From a virus (taxonomy: Duplodnaviria; Caudoviricetes), in the IMG/VR virus record IMGVR_UViG_3300021387_001157, positions 129,841 to 193,840 of that record: a DNA stretch of 64,000 nt. The stretch is one strand, 5' to 3'. Positions 28,802-39,429 of this stretch are shown here, piece by piece (the first letter of the stretch is position 1; each line of letters opens with the position of its first letter). Both the position numbers and the translations under genes were made by a program. Below the pieces are notes generated by a model, which did no database searches, was not told the DNA's origin, and saw only the letters and a program-made list of their open reading frames with translations.

Positions 28802-28900
28802 TAGGGAAGTGAATGGGATTGAACCCGTATCATCCGACATGCACACGCTTTGAAAGAAGTGCAAGTCTCAGATTTCACCCCCCGACGACCATCATTCCCC
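28802..28900 (-). ncRNA. tRNA-like RNA with elongated anticodon arm
   Basis: acceptor GGGGAATGA/TCACTTCCC; T arm; long arm capped by CTTTCAAAG. Confidence 0.5.
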
Positions 28901-29039
28901 AAAGGTGATTTGTCGTCAATATATCCTTATCTCCAATATGTCAAAGAACTTTTGGAACTTTCGTTCCTCGATTTCAAAGATACTATTCTTTTTTGATTTT
29001 TTCAAAAAGATTGCATCTTTTTTGAAATCTTTTTTTTTG

Positions 29040-29114
29040 TACCCCGTACAGGATTCGAACCTGTGACCTATGACTTAGAAGGACATCGCTCTAATCCTAC
29101 TGAGCTAACGGGGC
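29040..29114 (-). tRNA. tRNA-Arg(UCU)
   Basis: loop CT TCT AA. Confidence 0.9.
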
Positions 29115-29222
29115 ATATTTTTTATCTCATCAGATTAAATATAACAAAAAATCTGAAAAGATTATTTTTTTTTCAATGTACTCTCGTGATTTTCTCACGA
29201 TTTAAAAGATACTATTTATTTT

Positions 29223-29573
29223 TCAAACTATCAAAAAACTTTCAACTTTTTTATTTATGTCGGGGTTTTCTTGAAGAAGTTTTTTTGGAACAAGCACGTA
29301 TTCATCACAGTTATATATCTTTGACTCAGCCTCCCTCCACAACCGTTTAACTTCTTCTTCCGTCTCTCTCACATAGTATCCGTCAATGGGACAATCATCC
29401 AAACCTGTATAATATCTCACACACACTTTTCCATCCTTTTGGGTTTTTACTCCGGCAAATTCTTCCGTGTCCTGCCATTCTTCTTCACCAGTTTTTAAAT
29501 CATGGACACAAAATGATGTTGTGTGTACCATATCTACTTCGACTCTTACCTTTTCATCTTTATATATTTCCAT
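29223..29573 (-). CDS. hypothetical protein
   Basis: 116 aa ORF. Confidence 0.6.
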   Translation of the reverse strand: MEIYKDEKVRVEVDMVHTTSFCVHDLKTGEEEWQDTEEFAGVKTQKDGKVCVRYYTGLDDCPIDGYYVRETEEEVKRLWREAESKIYNCDEYVLVPKKLLQENPDINKKVESFLIV

Positions 29574-29592
29574 ATCTTATATTATTTAGTAG

Positions 29593-29665
29593 TACCAGTA
29601 CACGGACTCGAACCGTGATTGGGGCTTTAGGAGAGCCCTGTTCTATCCCGTTGAACTATACCGGC
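29593..29665 (-). tRNA. tRNA-Arg(CCU)
   Basis: loop CT CCT AA. Confidence 0.9.
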
Positions 29666-29672
29666 GAACAAA

Positions 29673-30038
29673 TTAACAAGGAACAATCTTACCGAATTTA
29701 CCGTCTTGTGCAATCATCGGAACGACAACTTCGGTATGTGAAAGTTCACTTTCATCGTTTATACTGTCCCATAACGGATTTTTCGAAAAAACGAGACAAT
29801 CACTACCAAAAGGAATAATATTTCCAAAAATGATAAGTCTTTCAATCGGCAGCTCGCCGTCAATACATGTTTGACACGATTCAATTTCAGAAAGAACTTT
29901 ATCAAATTCTCCAATGAACCCCCATTTCTGAGACTTGGAATTTTCAGTCACGTTATATGTGACGTAAAACCCATAAACATCACGGTTTCCCAATTTCTCA
30001 AAATCTTTAATCTCTTTTTCCAAATAATTTATTTTCAT
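29673..30038 (-). CDS. hypothetical protein
   Basis: ORF. Confidence 0.6.
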   Translation of the reverse strand: MKINYLEKEIKDFEKLGNRDVYGFYVTYNVTENSKSQKWGFIGEFDKVLSEIESCQTCIDGELPIERLIIFGNIIPFGSDCLVFSKNPLWDSINDESELSHTEVVVPMIAQDGKFGKIVPC

Positions 30039-30043
30039 ATTTA

Positions 30044-30331
30044 TTAAATTGAAATATTGATATTTTCTGGAAGTTCAAGAACACAATAACCTAATATTTC
30101 AGTATTATCCCATTCATTTTCTAAAAAATAGTTATGTGCAAATATTGTAATAGATGGATATATAGAAACATATATAATACGTTCTTTTTCCTCCAAAATC
30201 TTATTCCCATAATAGTCAAATTTTTTTTCCTTAATGTGACAAAGGAAATATTTTCCTTTGTCACGTAGGAAATTTATAGTCTCATTATTTACTCGTTTAG
30301 GTTTTTCAAAATATTCAAATTCAACTTTCAC
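30044..30331 (-). CDS. hypothetical protein
   Basis: ORF. Confidence 0.55.
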   Translation of the reverse strand: MKVEFEYFEKPKRVNNETINFLRDKGKYFLCHIKEKKFDYYGNKILEEKERIIYVSIYPSITIFAHNYFLENEWDNTEILGYCVLELPENINISI

Positions 30332-31757
30332 TTTTCTTAGATTTTAATACGTTCTTATATGCTTGCCTCATCAACTTCAAACAACTCTCACGAGTGATGT
30401 CTGGGTTGTTGTAGGCGTTACTCATAACCTGCTTTAAAATATCCTTGATGATAGGACCAGGTTCAACCCCAAGTTCATTGATGACATCATCACCGTTTAT
30501 CGGAAGTCTGTATCCGAACATCTTTGAAGTCTTTGCACACTCGACGAAACGTGTATATTGACCGGTTATGCAGTGACTCTTTTCGTGAGCGAGATTGTCT
30601 GCCTCGATGACTTGACAAGTTCTCAGAAAACGTTCCTCTGTACCACAGATGTACATAAATTTGTTGATTGACTTTTCCTTCATCTTACGGCAGTCGTTTT
30701 CAAACCCCTTTGCCCTCATATGGTTTCTAATGATGAAACACACTTCGTCAATGGTTTTGTTGTCAAACTTCAAACGTTGGAGTATTCTCTTTGCAACATC
30801 ACTACCGACAAGCTCGTGGTCGTAAAAATGAACTTTACCGTGTTCATCAACAGTTCTGCACTCTATCTTACCAATATCGTGGAGTAATGCACCGAGACGA
30901 CAAATCAAATCCGGTTCAAAGAGGTCACAGTCGTTCTTCAGAACGGCGAGGGTATGAACCCAGACATCACCGAAGTGATATGCATTTTGACCAAGACCGA
31001 TAGTCTGTTCAAGTTCAGGAATGACATACTTCATTGCACCGATGTCGTTGATGAGCATTATCCCATGATGAGCATTTTTTGTCATAAGGATTTTGCAAAG
31101 TTCATCGTTGATTCTCTCGACGGTGATGATAGAAAGTCTGTCGGCATTTCTCTTCATTGCATTGAAAGTCTCATCTGAAATCTTGAAACCAAACTTTGTA
31201 TGAAAACGGACAACCCTCAAAATTCTCAAAGGGTCGTCAATGAAAGTCTGGTCGACCATCTGTTCCGACACCATTTCCATAGGTACTCTCAAAACACCGT
31301 TGTGAATGTCTTTGATACCACTACCAGTCAAGTCCTCAACCTTCTTTTTCGAAATATTGTAGTAGAGAGCGTTTATGGTGAGGTCTCTACGACTTGCATC
31401 CTCACTCAACGGTGCAAATACAGTCTGTGGGTTACGGCTGCCGGCATCGGTGTATTTCTCACCACGAGTCATTACACACTCTATTTCGTCATCCGGAAAT
31501 TTATTGAAATGGAACATTGCTGTCCCGTATGTCTCGTATACAACAACTGTTTTTGTAAAACCGTTGTCTTTACACCAGTTTGCAAACCTCACACCACCTT
31601 GTGGAAGGTCTATAACGAGGTCAATATCCTTGATTTCTTTTTCCATAATCAAATCTCTCACGGAACCTCCGACGGCGAAAACGTGTCCCTCGAACTCACT
31701 CCCTTTGGTGATTTCATCAATATATGATGTTATTTCTAAAAATTTTTCTTTTGTCAT
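30321..31757 (-). CDS. cca: CCA tRNA nucleotidyltransferase with HD domain
   Basis: VGGSVRD..DIDL, RRDLTINAL, DDPLRILR, LLHDIGK. Confidence 0.92.
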   Translation of the reverse strand: MTKEKFLEITSYIDEITKGSEFEGHVFAVGGSVRDLIMEKEIKDIDLVIDLPQGGVRFANWCKDNGFTKTVVVYETYGTAMFHFNKFPDDEIECVMTRGEKYTDAGSRNPQTVFAPLSEDASRRDLTINALYYNISKKKVEDLTGSGIKDIHNGVLRVPMEMVSEQMVDQTFIDDPLRILRVVRFHTKFGFKISDETFNAMKRNADRLSIITVERINDELCKILMTKNAHHGIMLINDIGAMKYVIPELEQTIGLGQNAYHFGDVWVHTLAVLKNDCDLFEPDLICRLGALLHDIGKIECRTVDEHGKVHFYDHELVGSDVAKRILQRLKFDNKTIDEVCFIIRNHMRAKGFENDCRKMKEKSINKFMYICGTEERFLRTCQVIEADNLAHEKSHCITGQYTRFVECAKTSKMFGYRLPINGDDVINELGVEPGPIIKDILKQVMSNAYNNPDITRESCLKLMRQAYKNVLKSKKSES

Positions 31758-31769
31758 TTTTCCTCCTTT

Positions 31770-32102
31770 TTAATCCTTACAAAAATAATAGAAAATAAGT
31801 TGCAACATATTAATGTCATAAATCTTGAATTTTCTACAAAAGTAGGCTTTCTTTTGTGTACATCCTTCTTTCCAAATGATGAATCCGAGTTCGTCTGTGT
31901 CTGGTATATAATAAACCACATCTAATGTACTGTGGTCATCATATTCGATATCATAATCGGTTACATTTAAATGTAGTGTATTAAGGAATGGAGAAACTTT
32001 TTCACCATTTTCTTTTAATACATTTTTCACAGATTCAACAAGAATGTCGAATAACTCATTTTTCAAACCATCGATTTTTTCTTTTGCTTCTTTATAGTCC
32101 AT
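31770..32102 (-). CDS. hypothetical protein
   Basis: ORF following a promoter. Confidence 0.6.
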   Translation of the reverse strand: MDYKEAKEKIDGLKNELFDILVESVKNVLKENGEKVSPFLNTLHLNVTDYDIEYDDHSTLDVVYYIPDTDELGFIIWKEGCTQKKAYFCRKFKIYDINMLQLIFYYFCKD

Positions 32103-32237
32103 ATTTGTTTATTTTTTCGATGCAAAGATACGAACTTTTTTTGAATTACCAAACTTTTTTTTCAAAAAAATTGAATTTTTTTTATAACTAATTAGTTCAG
32201 TGGTAGAAAAAATTCATAATCAATCTTAAAACCTATT

Positions 32238-32410
32238 GTTATTTCTTGATAAGTTCAGTTTTTTTCCAGTTTTTTTTTATCCAATGTTCATCCGTTTGTA
32301 CGTGGTTTGCTCTTACGTATTTACAGACGTACTTTAGAAAATCCATAATTGGAAACCATTCAACTGTTCTCACAACAACACCTTCTTTTCCACACCATCC
32401 ACAGTTCCAT
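32238..32410 (-). pseudogene. remnant duplicate of the RNA ligase C-terminus
   Basis: GKEGVVVR..YVCKYVRANHVQTDEHW matches the end of 32646..33323. Confidence 0.7.
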
Positions 32411-32445
32411 TATTTCATCAATACTATATCAAACGTTTTCATCAT

Positions 32446-32670
32446 TTAGTCGTTCTTTAATAGTTCAACAATTTCTTCATCTGTATGCCACACACCGTTG
32501 AACGGTTTGAGTTCGGATTCAGTTCCGTTCTCAATGGCATCCATAAGTTTCAACACCTCGTTGTAGCAACGTGAACAAACCGAACATGTTCCGGATGAAC
32601 CACGATGGTTGAGACACTCTTTGTTTTGTTCTTGGATTTTACTCCTTAATGTTTCCCATTTTCCGTCCAT
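32446..32670 (-). CDS. hypothetical protein
   Basis: ORF. Confidence 0.5.
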   Translation of the reverse strand: MDGKWETLRSKIQEQNKECLNHRGSSGTCSVCSRCYNEVLKLMDAIENGTESELKPFNGVWHTDEEIVELLKND

Positions 32671-33323
32671 AATTGTGCTTTCTTCCAGTTCCTTGTCCAG
32701 TGCTCATCAGTCTGAACGTGATTTGCTCTTACGTATTTACAAACATAATTTGAAAATTCCATAATCGGAAACGAGTCTGTAATCCTCATCACAACACCCT
32801 CACGACCGCTTTTACAAGCATAGTATGATGTGTGTTCCATCAATTCGTCGATGATTTCCTTCACTTCACCCTCTTCTCTCAACACACACCTCTCCAATTC
32901 CGGAACGTGTGGGACACAGAGTATCTTTGCAAACTCCTTAACCTCATCCCAACTGTACCACAGATTACCGTCATTGACAGCGAACATATGCCAATAGTCT
33001 GACAGACAATCGTAATGGATAGAGTGCTCACCGTAAAGGTTCTCACCATAGATGGTTTCGTTTGGACCAATATACTGCTTAATTTTCCAATACAACCCAT
33101 CATACGAGTCCCAAAGGTTTCTTGACCAAGGAGACCTTGTTGGAGCACCGTGAGACCTTGCATACACATCATAATGTGTCATTGCTGTGTTTTCACCATC
33201 CAACTTCTCAGTGAATACAACCTCTTTTCCTTTATAGAAATCGAACCAACCGTCTTGAAGTTTTTTGTCGTCAGATGTTGCACCTGGTGACCAAGGAAGA
33301 TGGTATGTTCTTGGGTATTTCAT
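32646..33323 (-). CDS. ATP-dependent RNA ligase family protein
   Basis: YPRTYHLPWSPG; TEKLDGEN (motif I); GEN; EGVV; K.VR. Confidence 0.85.
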   Translation of the reverse strand: MKYPRTYHLPWSPGATSDDKKLQDGWFDFYKGKEVVFTEKLDGENTAMTHYDVYARSHGAPTRSPWSRNLWDSYDGLYWKIKQYIGPNETIYGENLYGEHSIHYDCLSDYWHMFAVNDGNLWYSWDEVKEFAKILCVPHVPELERCVLREEGEVKEIIDELMEHTSYYACKSGREGVVMRITDSFPIMEFSNYVCKYVRANHVQTDEHWTRNWKKAQLWTENGKH

Positions 33324-33535
33324 AGTGATATTATATACTTTTTTAGTTTTTCTTTCGAAATTCCAGTCATTTTTGACAATTCTTTCAAATCAACATCTAA
33401 GAAAAAATCCGATATTCCACGATAGTTGTTTGCTGGATTAACAGCATCAGTCAACCAAAACCGTGCATGTTCTACCCAGATTCGTCCGGATGCAGTCTTC
33501 TTTATTGACTTCTTTGTTTCTTTGATTGAGGACAT
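33320..33535 (-). CDS. hypothetical protein
   Basis: ORF. Confidence 0.5.
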   Translation of the reverse strand: MSSIKETKKSIKKTASGRIWVEHARFWLTDAVNPANNYRGISDFFLDVDLKELSKMTGISKEKLKKYIISL

Positions 33536-33894
33536 AATCTTGTGGATTTTATCAACATTATAATGTCTTTCTTTATATTCTCTCTATCTTTCGGTGATTC
33601 TATAGGGAGGTCGTCAAACAACATACGACAAACGATATTTTCCTTTTCGTAAGAATCATTGAAGTCTTTACACCCTTCCTTCAAGATTTCAATATGATTG
33701 AACCACAAACATATACGTTCCTCGTCGTGAATATGTTAAACTGGTGCAACCATAATAATTTCGTTGTTTTTGGTGGAGATGGATACGGAACCCCCATCAC
33801 GATATACATCGAATTTCAATGTTGGAAACTCGTTGAGAAGTTCCGTATACACCTCTTTTATGACAAACATAAACTCATCCCGTTTCATACCGAA

Positions 33895-34089
33895 TCAGTA
33901 AATTTTTTGGATGATTGAACCAAGTTCACTGTGGCACTTCTGCAACTTTGAATAGACCTCTGCACGGAGATTACCGGTTGCATCGTCTGAACAACCTAGA
34001 GACATAAGTTTTCCTGTCATTTCATCGAGTTTGTCCATAATCTCGATGGTCTGTTGTTTCAAACTGGATTTATTAAGAAATGTACTCAT
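33895..34089 (-). CDS. hypothetical protein
   Basis: ORF. Confidence 0.5.
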   Translation of the reverse strand: MSTFLNKSSLKQQTIEIMDKLDEMTGKLMSLGCSDDATGNLRAEVYSKLQKCHSELGSIIQKIY

Positions 34090-34225
34090 TTTTCGTATTG
34101 TCTTGTTTCTAAATTAAAAATTTTGTTGTCTGTGCCTTTAACACAATTCCTTGCAGAATTGATGTCTTTCTTGCCACACTTTACGTGACTGTCTTTGTCA
34201 ACTATTACATACTTTGGGGTAATCT

Positions 34226-34648
34226 TCATCTTTTTGTATTTTTAAAGTTAAACTTGACGTAACCAGACAAGGTTATAACCGGCATCTCTTTCCAATCTTT
34301 GATGTTGTTTGAATCAACCGGTTTCCCACCGTTGTCCGGATTTGTCATAACAGTGATGTGTTTAATTTCATTTGCACAAGGAATGTCTGTTTCGAGTTTC
34401 ACGGCAAACGCTTTATCAGAAACACCGTATTCGTATGCAAACACACGAAACATCTTTCCCTCATTTTCCATACACCAATCAAGTATTTCGTCAATCATAT
34501 TTGTATGAAAGGCGATTGTGTGATGTTCGGCAATGATTCTACCGTTTTCCCACTTTGGTGCAAACTTCATCACCTCATCCAACAACAATCTCTTTGATTC
34601 CTCAGTGAGGACAAGAGATGTATACAATAAGTTATTCATGTGCAGCAA
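34226..34648 (-). CDS. 2H phosphoesterase (cyclic phosphodiesterase, Trl1-CPD-like)
   Basis: two HxT motifs (HHTI, HITV); GKPVDSN. Confidence 0.75.
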   Translation of the reverse strand: MLHMNNLLYTSLVLTEESKRLLLDEVMKFAPKWENGRIIAEHHTIAFHTNMIDEILDWCMENEGKMFRVFAYEYGVSDKAFAVKLETDIPCANEIKHITVMTNPDNGGKPVDSNNIKDWKEMPVITLSGYVKFNFKNTKR

Positions 34649-34892
34649 AGTTTATGATTTCTATTTCACTACCTAGAGAGAAACTTCTGAACTCGTTTTT
34701 CTCCATATCGAAAAAAACCTGTACCTTCGGAGACGACGGACGGCTGGGTTTCCAATCACCAAGTTTCTCAGTGAGAATGTTGGTTTGAAGAGTTCCAACG
34801 GCGGTTCTGATAGAGCCATCTTTCTTTTTAAACGTGAAAGTTACAACTCCTTTGTGGAGGTCTTCCTTTATTTGTTCTGCTACCGTTCTCAT
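34632..34892 (-). CDS. WYL-like SH3 beta-barrel protein (DUF2693-like)
   Basis: VVTFTFKKKDGSIRTAVGTL..FFDMEKNEFRSF. Confidence 0.75.
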   Translation of the reverse strand: MRTVAEQIKEDLHKGVVTFTFKKKDGSIRTAVGTLQTNILTEKLGDWKPSRPSSPKVQVFFDMEKNEFRSFSLGSEIEIINFAAHE

Positions 34893-35029
34893 TTTTTTTC
34901 TTTTTTATAAGTTAAACTTCTTTTTTATTTCTCGATGCAAAGATACGAACTTTTTTTGAATTATCAAACTTTTTTTTCAAAAAAATTTAATTTTTTTTCG
35001 TAACTTGTTGATATAAAGTGATAAAAAAA

Positions 35030-35758
35030 TTAATTTTTTTTGTATTTTGTAGCACAATTAGAGATAATTTTCTTATAATTAGGGTTCTCTATATTGTATT
35101 TTGTGTGCATTTTTCTATAATACTCATCACGAGTTGGGATATGGTTAAAAATTTCATAGTCCCACAATACCCTGTCGAGAACAGAGCATTTCCAGTTCTT
35201 AAAGGTGGCGAATCTTCCAGACTTATACAGAGATAATGTTTTTCTCTGTGTTGGGTGGTCCATTCCGAACAAGTTGTTATAACTTCTACCGACATTTGAA
35301 TTACCAAAACCAGACTCAATTTGAGCACAAGACTTAATCACTTCTGGATACCAGATAACACCTTGTTCCGTTAGATAATCTATATATTCACAAACACTTT
35401 CCTCGGTACATTTCCCACAATTTTTTTCTAACATCACCACACCAATTTCGTGGTATAGAGTAAATTCACTTTCTTTGTATTTTTTGTCGTTAATTTCCGA
35501 TTTAAGTGACTCTATGGTTTCCAAATGTGTTTCGACCTTTCCCTTATGGTTTTGCAAGTCTGTATGTATAAAAAAGATGACACACAAAAGAAATGCAATA
35601 AATGATAACAATAATATGTTTTCTTTTGATATATAACTTCTTTTATTGAATAAAAGTGTGTTCATATCAAGTGTATATCTTCTATGTGACTCTATTGTAG
35701 ATTTTACTTTTTTTAAAAAATTTACAATAAAGTTTTTCAGTTTTTTTATCTGTTCCAT
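35030..35758 (-). CDS. membrane-anchored glucosaminidase (peptidoglycan hydrolase)
   Basis: TM helix; AQIESGFG..NNLFGM. Confidence 0.75.
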   Translation of the reverse strand: MEQIKKLKNFIVNFLKKVKSTIESHRRYTLDMNTLLFNKRSYISKENILLLSFIAFLLCVIFFIHTDLQNHKGKVETHLETIESLKSEINDKKYKESEFTLYHEIGVVMLEKNCGKCTEESVCEYIDYLTEQGVIWYPEVIKSCAQIESGFGNSNVGRSYNNLFGMDHPTQRKTLSLYKSGRFATFKNWKCSVLDRVLWDYEIFNHIPTRDEYYRKMHTKYNIENPNYKKIISNCATKYKKN

Positions 35759-35862
35759 ACTTATATATTTTATTATATTTACAAAGATACTATTTTTTAA
35801 TTAAAAAAAATGGGGTACAACCAATATTAGTTATACCCCATACTTTCATTTTCTCGTCTTTG

Positions 35863-37440
35863 TTAAGAATCTTCATCATCAACTCCGTTGGCGGCATAGT
35901 ATTCATCCATTTCGGCATAGGTGAGTTGAGTTTCCATATCGACCTCACCAGCATCATACTGCTTTCTTTCTCTTATTCTGAATGCTTCTGTCTTCAGTTT
36001 AAAAGCTTCTGCCTTTTCGTCATTTTCTATACGGATGACGACACCTTCACGTGGAACACATTTATTACACATCGGTTCGTTCATCTCCATACCGAATCTT
36101 TGTTTGTCGTTTTCAAGTCGTTCAAGCAACGATTCTTGCCAGTGATGTTCTGTGTCGAGGTCTGGATAAAGGTCTCCTAGACGACCATGATAAAGGATTG
36201 TGATTGGCTTTATTTTACCTTTCAACTCGGGATGTTCATTCAAAATATTTATTGTCCATTGATAAACATCCTGTACATTCCAATCAACATGGTTTCCTTC
36301 GGCATCAGTTTCGGTTATTCTGTAAGGCATCAAGATGTTCTCACCGATTTTACAACCGTAGTCGTAACCCTTCTGAATCATACTTGTTGTACCGGTAACA
36401 TAACCGACAATCTCACCATACAATGTCATACCTTCATTCAAAAGTGGATAAATAATCTTTCCGTACTCTGACCAAATATCGACCTTGTAGAAACCCTTTC
36501 CAACTTCTTTATTGATGTACTTGTTCTTTATAACACCTCTTGAAGACGTTATTTCACCATACTTAACAACAAATTCTGGAAGTAATCTCTCTCTTCTCTT
36601 GTGGTCTATTGAACTCATAGTTCTTCTGATGAAGTTTCTGATTTCCCTGACAGATTTCTTCATGAAACTCTCATCAAGGTATTTCTTTGTGAGAACATTA
36701 CCACATATGAATGATGTTCCATGCTCCTTAACAGAGATATCAACAACTGTGTCAGGATTGAATTTCCAGAGATTATCCTTCAACAATTTTGTGTCGTAGT
36801 GGAAAGCAAACTGACCATCTACCATACGGTCGAGTTTCATCATAGTCTTTCCTCTCTTTCGGTCTTTCTTAGAAACTCCTGTCGGATTGTTTTGACGGTG
36901 CTGAACTGGTGGAATGTATGCCTTTATGAAAAGAATACCATCAACGGTGTCAAAATCAAATGGGACAACAATTCCATCTTCATTTGGTTCGAAACACTTC
37001 TCAAAATCATAGTCCAACACCTTTGGATTCCACTTAGCAAGAGAATCGATTGAGAAAAGACATCCTTCAGATGTACACCCACGAAGTTTGACCATCTTCA
37101 CACGACCGTGTTTGTTGAAATATCCAACCATCTTCTTAGCTTCGGATTCCTTGCCTTCATCAATGAGTTTCTGAACTTCCTCATAGTTTTTGTTGAGATG
37201 TCTTTCACTCATTTCAAACTGGTTGTTGACAGACAGGAAATCCTTGTTGATGGCGGTCTCCATCTTACAATAGACCATGATGTCACCTTCCTTTACACTA
37301 TCCTTTCCGACAACGACTTGGTATGCACCTCCAATTTTTGTTTTGACGAGAAAATCAGAACCCTCAATTGGAAGCAACTCACCAATCTTTACAATTTGAG
37401 CACAATACTCCGGTTTTATTTTTTCACTTTTTGTAAACAT
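35863..37440 (-). CDS. RNA ligase (DRB0094/Rnl2-like, N-terminal OB domain)
   Basis: PIEGSDFL OB segment; KEHGTS, LYGEIVG, EGVV, FKLK. Confidence 0.8.
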   Translation of the reverse strand: MFTKSEKIKPEYCAQIVKIGELLPIEGSDFLVKTKIGGAYQVVVGKDSVKEGDIMVYCKMETAINKDFLSVNNQFEMSERHLNKNYEEVQKLIDEGKESEAKKMVGYFNKHGRVKMVKLRGCTSEGCLFSIDSLAKWNPKVLDYDFEKCFEPNEDGIVVPFDFDTVDGILFIKAYIPPVQHRQNNPTGVSKKDRKRGKTMMKLDRMVDGQFAFHYDTKLLKDNLWKFNPDTVVDISVKEHGTSFICGNVLTKKYLDESFMKKSVREIRNFIRRTMSSIDHKRRERLLPEFVVKYGEITSSRGVIKNKYINKEVGKGFYKVDIWSEYGKIIYPLLNEGMTLYGEIVGYVTGTTSMIQKGYDYGCKIGENILMPYRITETDAEGNHVDWNVQDVYQWTINILNEHPELKGKIKPITILYHGRLGDLYPDLDTEHHWQESLLERLENDKQRFGMEMNEPMCNKCVPREGVVIRIENDEKAEAFKLKTEAFRIRERKQYDAGEVDMETQLTYAEMDEYYAANGVDDEDS

Positions 37441-37716
37441 AGTTTTTTAAATTTTAATTGTTGATTGTTTCTTTTGGGGTTCAAGTCCTACCTTCTTACC
37501 ACCCCATTTTTACAGAACGGGGAAACTGTTACTTTAAATATAACAAAAAATCACCATTCTATTACTAAATTACTACATTTTTTTCATTATGAATTGGAAG
37601 AGTGTTACTCGTACCGAAGACATTGAATACCACTAGTTTTTTTGTGTAATCGAAATCCTTTGACCTTGCTATACTTAATTCTATCTCATATAATTCTTTA
37701 TTTGTGTCCATTACAT

Positions 37717-38351
37717 TTACTTTATTTTCTCACAAGCCTTGTTCCGGAAGATGTCACAAAGTTCCCAATACGAGATTGGTCTATATCCATTTTGGTCAAC
37801 TCCGACATCATACTGGTTCTTTCTTAGACGTGACGGAACATCACCGTCTATTCCGTAACAAGTACCGTCGCTCAAAGTATGAATGTGACCGAACACTTGG
37901 AAATCACCATTGAAAGCACAGCATGGATAGTGTTCACCATAAATCTTAACACCATCTACCATAATGAACGCCTTGTCAACAACGGCAATGAGATTCTCCT
38001 GTGGTTCCGTGCATAATGATATATAGTCATGGTTTCCTCTAATTAAGAGAATATTTCCAGTTAACTTTTTCATATATCTTAAATATGCATTCGTATCGAC
38101 TTTATGGTTCAACATAAAGTCTCCACAATGAATTACTATACCGTCTTCCGGAACAACAGAATTCCAATTCTCTATGAGAGTTTTGTCCATTTCTGACCTT
38201 GAATTAAATGGTCTGTGACAATACTTACAGATATTAAAATGTCCAAAATGAGTTAGGTGTCCGAGGTAAAATACAACTTATTTGGGTCATTTACACCCAA
38301 TGTGTATATACCTCGGAAATTGTTTGCTTCAATTGTTAAATTGTTTGTCAT
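37717..38351 (-). CDS. calcineurin-like metallophosphoesterase, interrupted by 5 nt (38251-38255)
   Basis: LYFTSDT*[ct]HFGH, HCGDF, RGNHD, FGHIH, DVGVD. Confidence 0.75.
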
Positions 38352-38392
38352 TTTCTTTTATTTTACGAATGTTTTTATATATTTTACCTTCT

Positions 38393-38929
38393 TTAAGTTG
38401 CATGACTCTCGATATAAGTTTTATATTTCTTGTATGTATCTCTTATCACATTCTCACCAACTGGATGCTCCCTCTTGGAATCACGCTCAATACACACCTC
38501 GAGTGGTGTGTAAATGAACCGATACTCAACGGCATATCCATACTCACGAGCCATCTTCTCAAGACCCTTTCTGATTTTGGAGTTGAGGTTCATGTTATCA
38601 GACACAACATCTTTTCCACTTTTGAATGCAGCGGTTAAAGCAGCATTTTCAATCTTTGTGACAATGTTTTCGAGATTTGGGTTAAACGGTTTTCCCATCA
38701 TCAATCGAATTTCATCACGATTGACACGGATACGATTGTCGGGGTCTTCAAGGACAAACTTACGAGCAGCAGTAGACTTACCACTTCCCTGCAATCCTTG
38801 ATATATATAGAATGTCTTTTTTTTATTCATTGAAGTCTTCTTATTCTTTAATTTGAATATCCAATCCAACAAATAAATTACCAAAAATAAAATGCATAAT
38901 ATTATTGCAATAACTAAATAAAACATCAT
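38393..38929 (-). CDS. polynucleotide kinase-like P-loop kinase (AAA_33)
   Basis: GLQGSGKST, RVNRDEIR, DNMNL, CIERDSKR. Confidence 0.85.
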   Translation of the reverse strand: MMFYLVIAIILCILFLVIYLLDWIFKLKNKKTSMNKKKTFYIYQGLQGSGKSTAARKFVLEDPDNRIRVNRDEIRLMMGKPFNPNLENIVTKIENAALTAAFKSGKDVVSDNMNLNSKIRKGLEKMAREYGYAVEYRFIYTPLEVCIERDSKREHPVGENVIRDTYKKYKTYIESHAT

Positions 38930-38930
38930 A

Positions 38931-39362
38931 TTAATTCTCGTTTTTTAATTCTTCACGTACTTGCATTAAAATCTTTCCAAGGTTATTCTGTCCCTTTCCG
39001 TTACAGACACCCCATATTGTGTCACCCCAGTCATTTCCTTCTTCAAGATAAGCGTCTCCGGTTGCAAGGAGTTTTTCTTTCAAATCCTCGTTTTGTTGGA
39101 ACTTGTTTCTAACAATTTCCAACATTTCTTTTATTTTTATCTTATCCCAATCATGTCTAAGGATAACATTTCTACCTTTTCTTTTTGCCCGAGACGGGTC
39201 GAGTTCCTGAAACTGCTTTCTTTGTTCATAAGAACTGCATTTCTGTGCTTGAAAAGCGGCCTCACTATTCTTGAACTTCAAACCGTCATATTCAACCGGT
39301 GCTTCAAAAAAATTGCTCAAGAAAAAATATTTTCCTTTAAAACAATCAATCTTATTTTTCAT
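38931..39362 (-). CDS. NADAR (YbiA/DUF1768) family protein
   Basis: FLSNF, SEAAFQAQK, KFQQN, WGDTIWG, GQNNLGKILM.VR. Confidence 0.92.
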   Translation of the reverse strand: MKNKIDCFKGKYFFLSNFFEAPVEYDGLKFKNSEAAFQAQKCSSYEQRKQFQELDPSRAKRKGRNVILRHDWDKIKIKEMLEIVRNKFQQNEDLKEKLLATGDAYLEEGNDWGDTIWGVCNGKGQNNLGKILMQVREELKNEN

Positions 39363-39429
39363 ACCAAAAAGATACTATTATTATTTCAAATTATTAAAAA
39401 TATAAATACTTTATATAAAAAAAATTATT

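Noticed and set aside
28802-28900. tRNA-Sec / opal suppressor
   Set aside because: TTTCAAA is present, but the long variable arm and Sec-type D arm are missing and the loop can also be read as UUC; kept as tRNA-like only.
33502-33888. In-frame TAA as programmed read-through
   Set aside because: No recognisable motif to test it against; the simplest explanation is a nonsense mutation.
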